From positions 1-15,443 of the IMG/VR virus record IMGVR_UViG_3300030035_000172: 15,443 bases of DNA; one strand, given 5' to 3'. Made by a program: the position numbers and the translations under genes. Positions 1 to 7,956 of the stretch are shown here, piece after piece (the first letter of the stretch is position 1; each line of letters opens with the position of its first letter). The stretch is from a virus (Duplodnaviria; Heunggongvirae; Uroviricota; Caudoviricetes). Under the pieces are notes generated by a model. The model saw nothing but the letters and a program-made list of their open reading frames with translations. It was not told where the DNA came from and did no database searches.

Positions 1-219
1 TTACATCCACATAATTTGCTGCCCTGACGGCAACGGGTGCGGTCTTACGGCGTGGACTTCTCCCGGCTTCACGATGTATCGCTGTACCGACTCATAAGTG
101 ATGAATGTGGCGCTGCAATTCACGTTCTGACACTGGTGATAACGCTCTTTTGTCGTGTCAGTGATATAGCGGCTTGTACGCGCATGTGCGGCATGCTGGC
201 ATAAAGGACAATGAAACAT
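1..219 (-). CDS. ogr: Ogr-family zinc-finger activator of P2 late genes (72 aa)
   Basis: The 93-aa ORF at 1..282 contains MFHCPLCQHAAHARTSRYITDTTKERYHQCQNVNCSATFITYESVQRYIVKPGEVHAVRPHPLPSGQQIMWM, which I recognise as P2 Ogr with its CxxC...CxxxxC motif. The internal ATG at 217-219 has a GAGG Shine-Dalgarno about 8 nt upstream; the 282 start has none. The stop codon is the first 3 nt of the window. Confidence 0.8.
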   Translation of the reverse strand: MFHCPLCQHAAHARTSRYITDTTKERYHQCQNVNCSATFITYESVQRYIVKPGEVHAVRPHPLPSGQQIMWM

Positions 220-300
220 CGCGAGCACCTCTTCCGGTTTTGTTGATGGTGCCATTTTAGTTAATTTATCCTTATAAAACAAACAGATAAAATAAAAACA

Positions 301-1464
301 TCACTCATCATCTTCTGTTTCGTACTCCACATCAGAAAGCCTGACCTCAAGCTCTAAGGACGTCGTGAAGCCGCTATTATTCAGAAAATGTGTCACCTTA
401 GTGATTGTCCAGCCCTGCTCGTCTATGACGCGCTTAAAGCCTGATACTTTAACCGGTGTTTCCGTGTAAATATCAGCACGACCGGTAGCCAGGCTGATGG
501 AGAACTCCGCAACGCCCCGTTGCAGTTTATCCCACTTCGCCTGAGCGGCACGCATGGCCTGTGCTTTCGTGGCATATACCGTGGTCAGGGCAAAAACGTT
601 GTCAGCCTCACCGGCCATGTATTCACCTTCGCGCGCTTCCGGTACTTTTGGCGCTTTCTTCTGCCTGACCGGTTTTGCTTTCGGGTGCTCCAGTGCGCGC
701 AGGTGTTTTTCTTTCTTTTTGCGTTTCAGTTTTACCTTCTGCTTTTGCGGCTTCGGGTCTTTGGTGTGTAACCACTTTGCCGTTACGCCGGTGTAGGCTC
801 CACGGTCAGCAATCGCAAAATGATGACGGTCGCCGTCGCTGCGGGTGATGGTAATCTGCGGGATTTTTTTACCGCTGGCCGTCACCCCCTGCCCCGCTTT
901 GAGAAACAGCAGTTTTCCCATTTTTACCGACACCTCACCGCCGTTGCGTTCAGCAAGGCGGGTCAGGAATTTTGCATCAGACTCCTGTGACTGGTCGATG
1001 TGCGGGATTTTAATTCCGGCCAGTGACGGAGCGACACTGGCTTCCAGCCTGTTACGGGAGGCTATCGCCTCAACAATCGCACCGAGCGTGGTGTCATGCC
1101 AGGAGCCTTCACGGCGGGAATTGAGCGTCCCGCGAAAATCTGCACTCCTGGCGCGGATGGTGACCACATCCGGCGCGCCCCGGTGTTCTACCTCATCAAC
1201 GGTAAATTTCCCTTTGCATACCAGAGCAAAACCTTTCCAGCCGATATACACCGTCAGGACAGCGCCACGAACCGGCAGCCCGACCTGCCCGTCGGCATCG
1301 TTCAGTTCAATATCAAGCTGGTCAGCCTCAAAGCCCCGGTTATCCGTCAGGGTCATGCTCATCAGACGGTCGCTGATATTACCGGTAATATCCCTGCTGT
1401 CGAGCATCAGCATGTAATCCGGCGTCAGCGTACTGCCTGCATCAAATGTCAGCGCATCCAGCAT
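301..1464 (-). CDS. D: P2 gpD-family tail protein (387 aa)
   Basis: Length and sequence are consistent with P2 gpD, and it sits between ogr and U as in P2. Its start codon overlaps the stop of the upstream U gene by 1 nt. Confidence 0.85.
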   Translation of the reverse strand: MLDALTFDAGSTLTPDYMLMLDSRDITGNISDRLMSMTLTDNRGFEADQLDIELNDADGQVGLPVRGAVLTVYIGWKGFALVCKGKFTVDEVEHRGAPDVVTIRARSADFRGTLNSRREGSWHDTTLGAIVEAIASRNRLEASVAPSLAGIKIPHIDQSQESDAKFLTRLAERNGGEVSVKMGKLLFLKAGQGVTASGKKIPQITITRSDGDRHHFAIADRGAYTGVTAKWLHTKDPKPQKQKVKLKRKKKEKHLRALEHPKAKPVRQKKAPKVPEAREGEYMAGEADNVFALTTVYATKAQAMRAAQAKWDKLQRGVAEFSISLATGRADIYTETPVKVSGFKRVIDEQGWTITKVTHFLNNSGFTTSLELEVRLSDVEYETEDDE

Positions 1465-1943
1465 TATCCCGCCTCCGTCATCCCCGTGAATCTGGTCGCC
1501 AGACTACCGGCCTTACCGATGAGCGATTCCGCCTGTTTACCGATATCGCCATAAAGCGCGGCCAGTGATTCATCAACGCGGGTGAGCGACAGCGTAAAAT
1601 CAATTTTCCGGGGTGTGCCGTCTGCAAAGAAAATACTCCCTGTTTCATTCACCCTGCTGATGACATACATGCCGTAAATCATGCCGGTGCCATCCAGCAA
1701 CGGCCACGCCCGGCCTTCCTCTGCCATCAGCCTGAGCGTGGTCATCGTCAGCTTGCCGCCGGTCAGTTCGGGATAAAGCACACCGGCCAGCGTCATGTTT
1801 TCCTCACCCACACCGAGAAACTGGTAGGCATCCCGTTTACCGATACGGGAATTTGACGGCCAGCGATAATCTGATTCACGCTGCATGGTCTGGTGTGGCA
1901 GCGTCTGGCGCATAAAAACAAACATACCTAACGCGAGCATCAT
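1464..1943 (-). CDS. U: P2 gpU-family tail protein (159 aa)
   Basis: A 159-aa ORF in the P2 position between T and D, matching the length of P2 gpU. Confidence 0.85.
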   Translation of the reverse strand: MMLALGMFVFMRQTLPHQTMQRESDYRWPSNSRIGKRDAYQFLGVGEENMTLAGVLYPELTGGKLTMTTLRLMAEEGRAWPLLDGTGMIYGMYVISRVNETGSIFFADGTPRKIDFTLSLTRVDESLAALYGDIGKQAESLIGKAGSLATRFTGMTEAG

Positions 1944-1957
1944 TTTTCGTCACCTCC

Positions 1958-4405
1958 TTAACCGTCATGCATCATGCTGGCACGGGCGCGCGCACGTTTA
2001 TCCCGCTCGTATTTTTCGAGCGCATCCTGTAACTGGCGGTCAAGCTGTGTTCCCGGCGCAGAACCACCCGTCAGGTTAATGTGATATTCGTTTTTACTCT
2101 GGTCTACATAAGAGCGGCCAGCCGGTGCCGTAACCGGCTGATAAGCCTGATAGCCTGCATAAGAGCTGGTCGCCGGAATATAACCAACGCTGCCATACGT
2201 GGCGGCTTGAGTTCTGGCGGCGGTCTGGTCAAGTGTGTCTGACTCTTTGTTGATAACACCGAGTTTTTCCAGTACCCAGTCAATACCGCTGCGCAGTTTG
2301 TTGAACGCATTAAGCGGCAGCATCAGCGCGTCAGCCAGTGCCTGCCCGAACATGACGCCCGTGTCACGGCAACGGTTCAGGGTGTCCTGGGTGGCTTTAA
2401 CCGGGGCAATCAGGTTTTTAAACCACTGCCACGCGGCCTGTAACTTTTCGCCCAGCCAGTCAAACACCGGTTTCAGTGGCGTGAACAGCTCCCCCACCGG
2501 CGCAAATGCCGCTTTCAGCCCTTCAACCACACCGCCAAAGAATGCGCTGACAGGCTCCCAGTATTTACGGATAAGTAACGCTCCGGCGACAATGGCGGCC
2601 ACCACGGCCACTACCGGCCAGCTAATCGCCCCGATGGCCGTCATAACGGCACTGCCAACCGTCGTGAAAATTGCCCCCATTGCGCCTGCTGCAGCGATGA
2701 TGGCATTGATGCCGGTGATAACCGGCCAGGCTACAAGACCAATGGCACCGATGATGCCAGTAAGCGCCAGCGCGCCACCGGCAATGATGCCAATGGTTGA
2801 CGCCAGTGATTTGTTTTTCTGTATCCAGCCGTCGAGTTTTAACACATACTTTGTGGCCGTCTGTGTGAGCTTACGCAGTGCGCCTTCCTGCTGGTCAAAC
2901 AGGTCTGTCCCTACCGCCTCATAAGCGGACTGAAACTCCTTAAAGTCACCGCCGAGGTTGTCCTGCATGATATTTACCAGCTCGGCAGTCTTCCCGTCTG
3001 AGGCTTTAAACGCAGCGGTCAGTTTGTCCAGCTTTCCGGTTGAGGCGGCAGTCATCAGCACGGCGGCGGCTGAGCTGGCCTCCTCCCCGAAAATAGTTTT
3101 CATGTATTCAGCCTGCTGGGCAGTACCGAGCCGGTTTTTCTCAAAACTGGCCTGCATTTCTTTCAGAATGGTAAATATTGGCCGGGTGTTTCCCTTGCTG
3201 TCTGAGGTTTTCACGCCAAGCTCTTTGAGTGCATCCCATGCTTTTCCCGTTGGTGCCTGCAGGCGACTTAACACGGCACGGCTTCCCGTCCCCGCCATTG
3301 AGCCTGTAATTTTTGCATCATGCAGCGCCCCGACCATTGCGGCGGTTTCTTCAATGCTGACACCGGCATTTTTTGCCACAGGTGCGGCATAGGTCAGCGC
3401 ATCGCTCATGCCGTCAAAATCGGCGGCGGTTTTGTTCATCGTCATGGAGAGAACATCCCCGATATGAGCGACCTTATCGTTTGAAAGCTGAAAGGCGGAT
3501 TTCATCCCCATCAGCAGGGCGGCGTTTTCTTCCATCGTGCGGCGGTTCGCCAGCGCCATGTTCAGCGTGACCGGCGTTGCCGCCTGAATGGCATCAACAT
3601 CCCCACCGGCTTTCGCAATAATAATCTGCGCACCGGCTGCATCATCTGCCGAGGCGGCGGTATTGTCGCCGAGCTGGCGCGCCTGTTTGCGTAATGCGGC
3701 CATTTCGGCGGAGTCTTTTGCCACACCGAGCACAGCCTGCAATTCTGAGTTTTTCTGCGCAAACTCATAACCGGGCATCAGCAGCTTAACACCGGCCATC
3801 GTTCCCGCAGCAGCAATCCCCACACCGGCAGCGCCCACTGAGGCCATATTTCCTGCCAGTTCCTTTCCGGCCTGATAACGCTGTTTTACTGCGTTAAGTT
3901 TTGCCTGTTGTGCACTGACACGCGCCAGTGCGTCGCGCTGACGGTTAAGCTGTGCGGTGGTTTCACTGATACGGTTTTTCAGCCCCTGCTCATCATGTGC
4001 AAGATTGCGGGTATTAATTCCCACAGCGGCCAGTTCCCGCTGCTGGCGCTTAACGGAATCCGTCAGGCGGTTATATTTCGCCTGTAAGTCCTCCGCCGCA
4101 CGCTTTGCGGATTCCAGCACTTTCGCCTGAGCACGGGTCGGACGTTCGGTGTTTTTAAACTGTGTGGCAAGGGCTTCGGCTTCCTGCCGAGCCTTTTCAA
4201 GTGCATGACCAGTCACGGCGAGCTGCGCACTGGTCTTGCGAAATCCCTCAATACGGAACGCCTGACCGTTCAGCTCGCGCAGTGATTTTTGTGTTTCCCG
4301 GATATCCCCCGACAGCGACTTGCTCGCTGTACGGATGGATTTAAACGGGCGGGATGCCTGGTCAACAGCCCTGAGCAATACCTGTAATTTTACATTGTTA
4401 CTCAT
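1958..4405 (-). CDS. T: Tail tape measure protein, gpT family (815 aa)
   Basis: An 815-aa ORF, the P2 gpT length. It has a coiled-coil-like Ala/Gln/Arg-rich N-terminal half and a central Gly/Ala/Ile-rich hydrophobic segment typical of tape measure proteins. ATG at 4403-4405. Confidence 0.85.
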   Translation of the reverse strand: MSNNVKLQVLLRAVDQASRPFKSIRTASKSLSGDIRETQKSLRELNGQAFRIEGFRKTSAQLAVTGHALEKARQEAEALATQFKNTERPTRAQAKVLESAKRAAEDLQAKYNRLTDSVKRQQRELAAVGINTRNLAHDEQGLKNRISETTAQLNRQRDALARVSAQQAKLNAVKQRYQAGKELAGNMASVGAAGVGIAAAGTMAGVKLLMPGYEFAQKNSELQAVLGVAKDSAEMAALRKQARQLGDNTAASADDAAGAQIIIAKAGGDVDAIQAATPVTLNMALANRRTMEENAALLMGMKSAFQLSNDKVAHIGDVLSMTMNKTAADFDGMSDALTYAAPVAKNAGVSIEETAAMVGALHDAKITGSMAGTGSRAVLSRLQAPTGKAWDALKELGVKTSDSKGNTRPIFTILKEMQASFEKNRLGTAQQAEYMKTIFGEEASSAAAVLMTAASTGKLDKLTAAFKASDGKTAELVNIMQDNLGGDFKEFQSAYEAVGTDLFDQQEGALRKLTQTATKYVLKLDGWIQKNKSLASTIGIIAGGALALTGIIGAIGLVAWPVITGINAIIAAAGAMGAIFTTVGSAVMTAIGAISWPVVAVVAAIVAGALLIRKYWEPVSAFFGGVVEGLKAAFAPVGELFTPLKPVFDWLGEKLQAAWQWFKNLIAPVKATQDTLNRCRDTGVMFGQALADALMLPLNAFNKLRSGIDWVLEKLGVINKESDTLDQTAARTQAATYGSVGYIPATSSYAGYQAYQPVTAPAGRSYVDQSKNEYHINLTGGSAPGTQLDRQLQDALEKYERDKRARARASMMHDG

Positions 4406-4825
4406 TCGTGTTTCCGCTTCGCCGGAGCGCCTTTTCGCGCCATGTGATGAGTTCGGTCAGGCTCATGGGATACAGTTCTGATGGCGGCCAGTGAAATATC
4501 ACAGCCACATCTGCCATCAGGTCATCGACCGAGAGATTTTTCGGAAACGTCACTGCACCGAGTTCGGCGACAAAAAACCGACCACCTTACCGGCCAGCGC
4601 CACAAGGTCAGGCAGTTCCAGCGCGGCGACTTCCTGCTCGGTCAGCATCGGTGCCGTCATGCGCGGCAGCACCTTAATCAGTGCATCGACTTCAGAGTTC
4701 GCGACCGCAGCCAGACTGACACCGCGCAGCGTCCCGGCATTGGGTTTCATCAGCGTGACCTGTTCGATAACCTGCTCACCACGCTTGACCGGATTGTCCA
4801 GGGTAATCACATTTTCTTTGTTCAT
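4398..4825 (-). CDS. Tail assembly chaperone gpE+E' made by programmed -1 frameshift (142 aa predicted)
   Basis: The minus-strand heptamer T-TTT-TTG at 4577..4571 encodes G-F-L of gpE. I translated the -1 frame by hand from 4571: it runs 57 codons (VAELGAVTFPKISRSMTLMADVAVIFHWPPSELYPMSLTELITWREKALRRSGNTNE) to a TAA at 4400..4398. The fusion is 85 + 57 = 142 aa, the size I recall for P2 E+E', and its end overlaps the T start by 8 nt. Confidence 0.7.
4550..4825 (-). CDS. E: Tail assembly chaperone gpE (91 aa)
   Basis: A 91-aa ORF directly upstream of T, in the P2 order FII-E-T. It contains the slippery heptamer near its 3' end. Confidence 0.8.
   Translation of the reverse strand: MNKENVITLDNPVKRGEQVIEQVTLMKPNAGTLRGVSLAAVANSEVDALIKVLPRMTAPMLTEQEVAALELPDLVALAGKVVGFLSPNSVQ
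4571..4577 (-). other. Slippery heptanucleotide T-TTT-TTG for the E/E+E' -1 ribosomal frameshift
   Basis: Read directly from the sequence. It has the same function as the G/GT frameshift site of lambda-type tail chaperones. Confidence 0.7.
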
Positions 4826-4853
4826 GGTTTTCTCTCTTCTGAATCGGGGTTAA

Positions 4854-4874
4854 CCGGTCAGCCAGGCTGACCGG
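4854..4874. repeat. Perfect 10-bp GC-rich inverted repeat (CCGGTCAGCC a GGCTGACCGG) between FII stop and E start
   Basis: Seen in the sequence. No U-tract follows it on the transcribed (minus) strand, so it is not a canonical intrinsic terminator. Confidence 0.5.
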
Positions 4875-4881
4875 ATGAAAA

Positions 4882-5400
4882 TCACAGGCCGATATTGCGG
4901 CGGTGTTGCTCCAGCCGGTCGACGCCGTTCACCTTCTCAATCATGTTGATGGTGTCGATTTCGACCAGCTCCTTACCGTCCATCGTCAGCCGGAAATAGG
5001 TGCAGACCACGGAGATTTTCGACTCGGTGTCTTCTCCCTGTTTGCCCTCGCCGGTGTCGATTTCTTTCTGACGTCCACGCATGACCACTTCGACGGCCAC
5101 CGTTTCGCCGGTATCGTCGCGCTGGTAAGAGCCTGCAAAACGAATCGGCACGGCATCCACGCCGGTTGCGGCGTAAAGCTCCCAGATAACCGAATCCGGG
5201 AAGCCCCCGAGCGACCACTCCATTGACAGCGCATCATCATCAAGGCCGAGGTCTACCGGTGCGCTGCCGTTCATCCCCGCACCGCGATAGTTTTCGAGCT
5301 TACGGGTCAGTTTTGGCAGCGTGACGGACTTTGCAACGCCCTGATAGCTGTAGCCGTTCAGAAAGACGTTCATTAACTTGAGTTTGCGCGGCATTGCCAT
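4882..5400 (-). CDS. FII: Tail tube protein, gpFII family (172 aa)
   Basis: A 172-aa ORF, the P2 FII length, directly downstream of the sheath gene remnant in the conserved order FI-FII-E-T-U-D. Confidence 0.85.
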   Translation of the reverse strand: MAMPRKLKLMNVFLNGYSYQGVAKSVTLPKLTRKLENYRGAGMNGSAPVDLGLDDDALSMEWSLGGFPDSVIWELYAATGVDAVPIRFAGSYQRDDTGETVAVEVVMRGRQKEIDTGEGKQGEDTESKISVVCTYFRLTMDGKELVEIDTINMIEKVNGVDRLEQHRRNIGL

Positions 5401-5412
5401 CGGTCAGGCTCC

Positions 5413-6229
5413 TTAATTGCTGTTAACCGAGGTGACCAGATTTGCCAGGTATTTATCGGTAATACGCTGGCGCAGGGTCAGGTTTTCGAGAGGAGGCACC
5501 GGTGTATAGTCGTAGTCGATATACAGTTTTCCGGCCTTGAGGGTTTCCGCATCGTTGGATTCTTCGCTGAACCAGCAGGTCGCATCCACGATATAGCCGT
5601 TTGTTTTCAGCTCACGGAATTTGGCATTGATGCCGTCAACGATGTCGCGAATCAGCGTTGCGGTGATGGGCTTGTCCACCGCCCACATGTGCGCCTCAGC
5701 CATCGTGTCGGCCAGCACCTGCGCGGTGCGGGTGTAGTTTTCAAAGAGGAACAGCGGGTCATCAGAGCAGGTACGGTTACCCCAGAATCGGAAACCGTCG
5801 CGACGAATCAGCGTAGTGACGCCTGACTCGTTAAGCAGGTCAGCATCGGTGCCGGACTCCTGCAAATCCCAGAATACAGAAGCACTGATGCCGGTAACAC
5901 CGTTTACCCCGACATTGGACAGCGTTTTATGCCAGCCCTGCTCCTGGTCGATTTTAGCGCGCAGACCCAGCGCACGGGCGGTGGCATACGCGGTGGCGGT
6001 GGTGCTGCTGACCGTATCCCATGCGAGGAAATCCGGCCAGATGACCATCAGCTCACGCTGGCTGAAATTCTGACGGTAGGCTTTCACCTCGGAAATGGTT
6101 TTACAGCCCCATGCGCTGATATACCCGAAAGCGCGCAGCTTCTGACAGACTGATGCCAGTGCAACAGCCACCTCTTTGGTGTCCAGTCCCGGCACGCCGA
6201 GAATACGCGGTTTAACACCGGTTACCGAC
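5413..6229 (-). pseudogene. FI: Tail sheath gene (gpFI family), 5'-truncated: only the C-terminal ~272 codons remain
   Basis: The ORF at 5413..6240 reads ...[20 protein letters not shown]... onward, which corresponds to the C-terminal ~270 residues of the 396-aa P2 sheath protein. Sheath-like sequence stops at about 6229, where the IS66-type terminal repeat GTAAGCG begins. The apparent TTG start at 6240 lies inside IS sequence. Confidence 0.8.
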
Positions 6230-6460
6230 GTAAGCGTCAACGGAGCACCGTATTGACGCTTATTTATTAGTGAGTACTACGTTCCATGGCAGGAGTTCGT
6301 CAACTCGGTTGGAAGGCCATTCCGGCAGTACGCTCAGGATATGGCGCAGATACGCTTCCGGATCGATACCATTCAACCGGCAGGTGCCGATCAGCCCGTA
6401 CAACAGTGCACCACGCTCGCCGCCGTGATCGCTACCGAAGAACACGTAGATGATATGACC
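6230..6460 (-). mobile_element. IS66-family element remnant (terminal inverted repeat plus 3' end of tnpC)
   Basis: The terminal sequence GTAAGCGTCAACGGAGCACCGTATTGACG at 6230 resembles the repeat of the intact IS66-family copy at 12305 (GTAAGCGTACAGCGAGGGCCGTATTGACG). Similarity to IS66 transposase is lost at about 6450-6462. Confidence 0.7.
6260..6445 (-). pseudogene. IS66-family transposase TnpC C-terminal fragment (~61-65 codons)
   Basis: ...[54 protein letters not shown] aligns with the C-terminus of the 512-aa TnpC at 12342..13880 (...[54 protein letters not shown]). DNA identity between the two copies is low, so they are distinct family members. Confidence 0.7.
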
Positions 6461-6478
6461 TTTATATACTCACTATAG

Positions 6479-7338
<860 letters not shown>

Positions 7339-7423
7339 AGTAGCGAATGATGATGTTTATATGGGGGGACTGGCGCAAGCAGAGAACTTTAAGAAAAATC
7401 ACATGAGTTGAGTCTGTCATAAT

Positions 7424-7445
7424 GGAGTATCTCATCAGATACTCC
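7424..7445 (+). terminator. Possible intrinsic terminator: 9-bp inverted repeat GGAGTATCT catc AGATACTCC followed by a T-rich tract
   Basis: Seen in the sequence about 90 bp downstream of the IS3 right end. The stem is AT-rich and therefore weak. It could instead be a regulator binding site. Confidence 0.3.
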
Positions 7446-7450
7446 TTCTT

Positions 7451-7479
7451 TATCTATTTTGTAAGAGCCAAAATAGATA
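7451..7479. repeat. Perfect 11-bp inverted repeat TATCTATTTTG (7 bp) CAAAATAGATA in the pic upstream region
   Basis: Seen in the sequence. A third copy of the AAAATAGATA half-site lies at about 7540-7549. Confidence 0.45.
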
Positions 7480-7791
7480 AATTATGTTACGCATAACCAG
7501 CTCATTTAAACTATCTGGTCTGTTTCCTCCGGTTCTACAAAAATAGATAGGGGTGCACCTACGTTACCAATACTGGCATCATGGCTACATACGGCGGTCA
7601 GTTTACGCTTACGATCTGGCAGCCTGAGTTCACAGATAAAACAATCTCCAGGAAACCCGGGGCGGTTCAGTTCACAAAAACACATTAATGCAGTAACTAT
7701 ATTTTCCTTTCTGGTGATAACGTCGGGTTATCATTAGCTTCTTCAGCTATTTTACTTTTATATCCCTTGTAAACATCATGGAGAATCCATA

Positions 7792-7956
7792 GTGAATAAA
7801 GTTTATTCTCTTAAATATTGCCCCGTCACCGGGGGGCTTATTGCTGTCTCTGAACTTGCCCGCAGGGTAATAAAAAAGACATGCCGAAGATTAACGCATA
7901 TTCTTCTGGCTGGCATTCCAGCAATCTGTCTGTGTTACTCTCAGATATCCCAGGCG
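7792..7956 (+). other. Extended (ESPR-type) signal peptide of Pic, predicted cleavage after SQA (residue 55)
   Basis: It has the conserved N-terminal extension MNKVYSLKY..GGLIAVSEL, then a basic region, a hydrophobic core and AxA-like SQA. Confidence 0.55.

Noticed and set aside
1-282. The full 93-aa ORF as the ogr product (21-residue N-terminal extension MFYKDKLTKMAPSTKPEEVLA)
   Set aside because: The internal ATG at 217-219 has a GAGG ribosome binding site and gives the 72-aa Ogr. The upstream start lacks a ribosome binding site.
520-1554. Plus-strand ORFs antisense to gene D (520..771, 554..796, 845..1417, 1096..1554)
   Set aside because: They overlap a well-supported phage gene on the opposite strand, have low-complexity or odd composition, and have no ribosome binding site or recognisable family. 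Typical antisense artefacts of GC-rich coding DNA.
2235-3570. Plus-strand ORFs antisense to the tape measure gene (2235..2924, 2958..3392, 3373..3570)
   Set aside because: Ala/Ser/Pro-rich mirror images of the Ala-rich tape measure protein, with no independent support.
4481-4870. Plus-strand ORFs 4481..4870 and 4491..4853 opposite E/E'
   Set aside because: They overlap the E/E+E' genes, which are supported by synteny and the frameshift signal. No evidence for them.
4903-5243. ORFs overlapping FII (4903..5226 plus; 4973..5218 and 4986..5243 minus, out of frame)
   Set aside because: They are nested in the well-supported tail tube gene, and the Arg-rich composition is typical of off-frame translation.
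5816-6153. Plus-strand ORFs opposite the sheath remnant
   Set aside because: Antisense to sheath coding sequence, with no support.
7607-7626. ACGCTTAC 8-mer identical to the IS66 terminal sequence
   Set aside because: Only 8 nt match, which is expected by chance in 15 kb. Flanking bases do not continue the IS66 terminal repeat.
7581-7688. 35-aa ORF (MATYGGQFTLTIWQPEFTDKTISRKPGAVQFTKTH) upstream of pic
   Set aside because: No ribosome binding site, too short to assess, and no recognised family. It could be a relic of a disrupted gene, but this cannot be supported from sequence alone.
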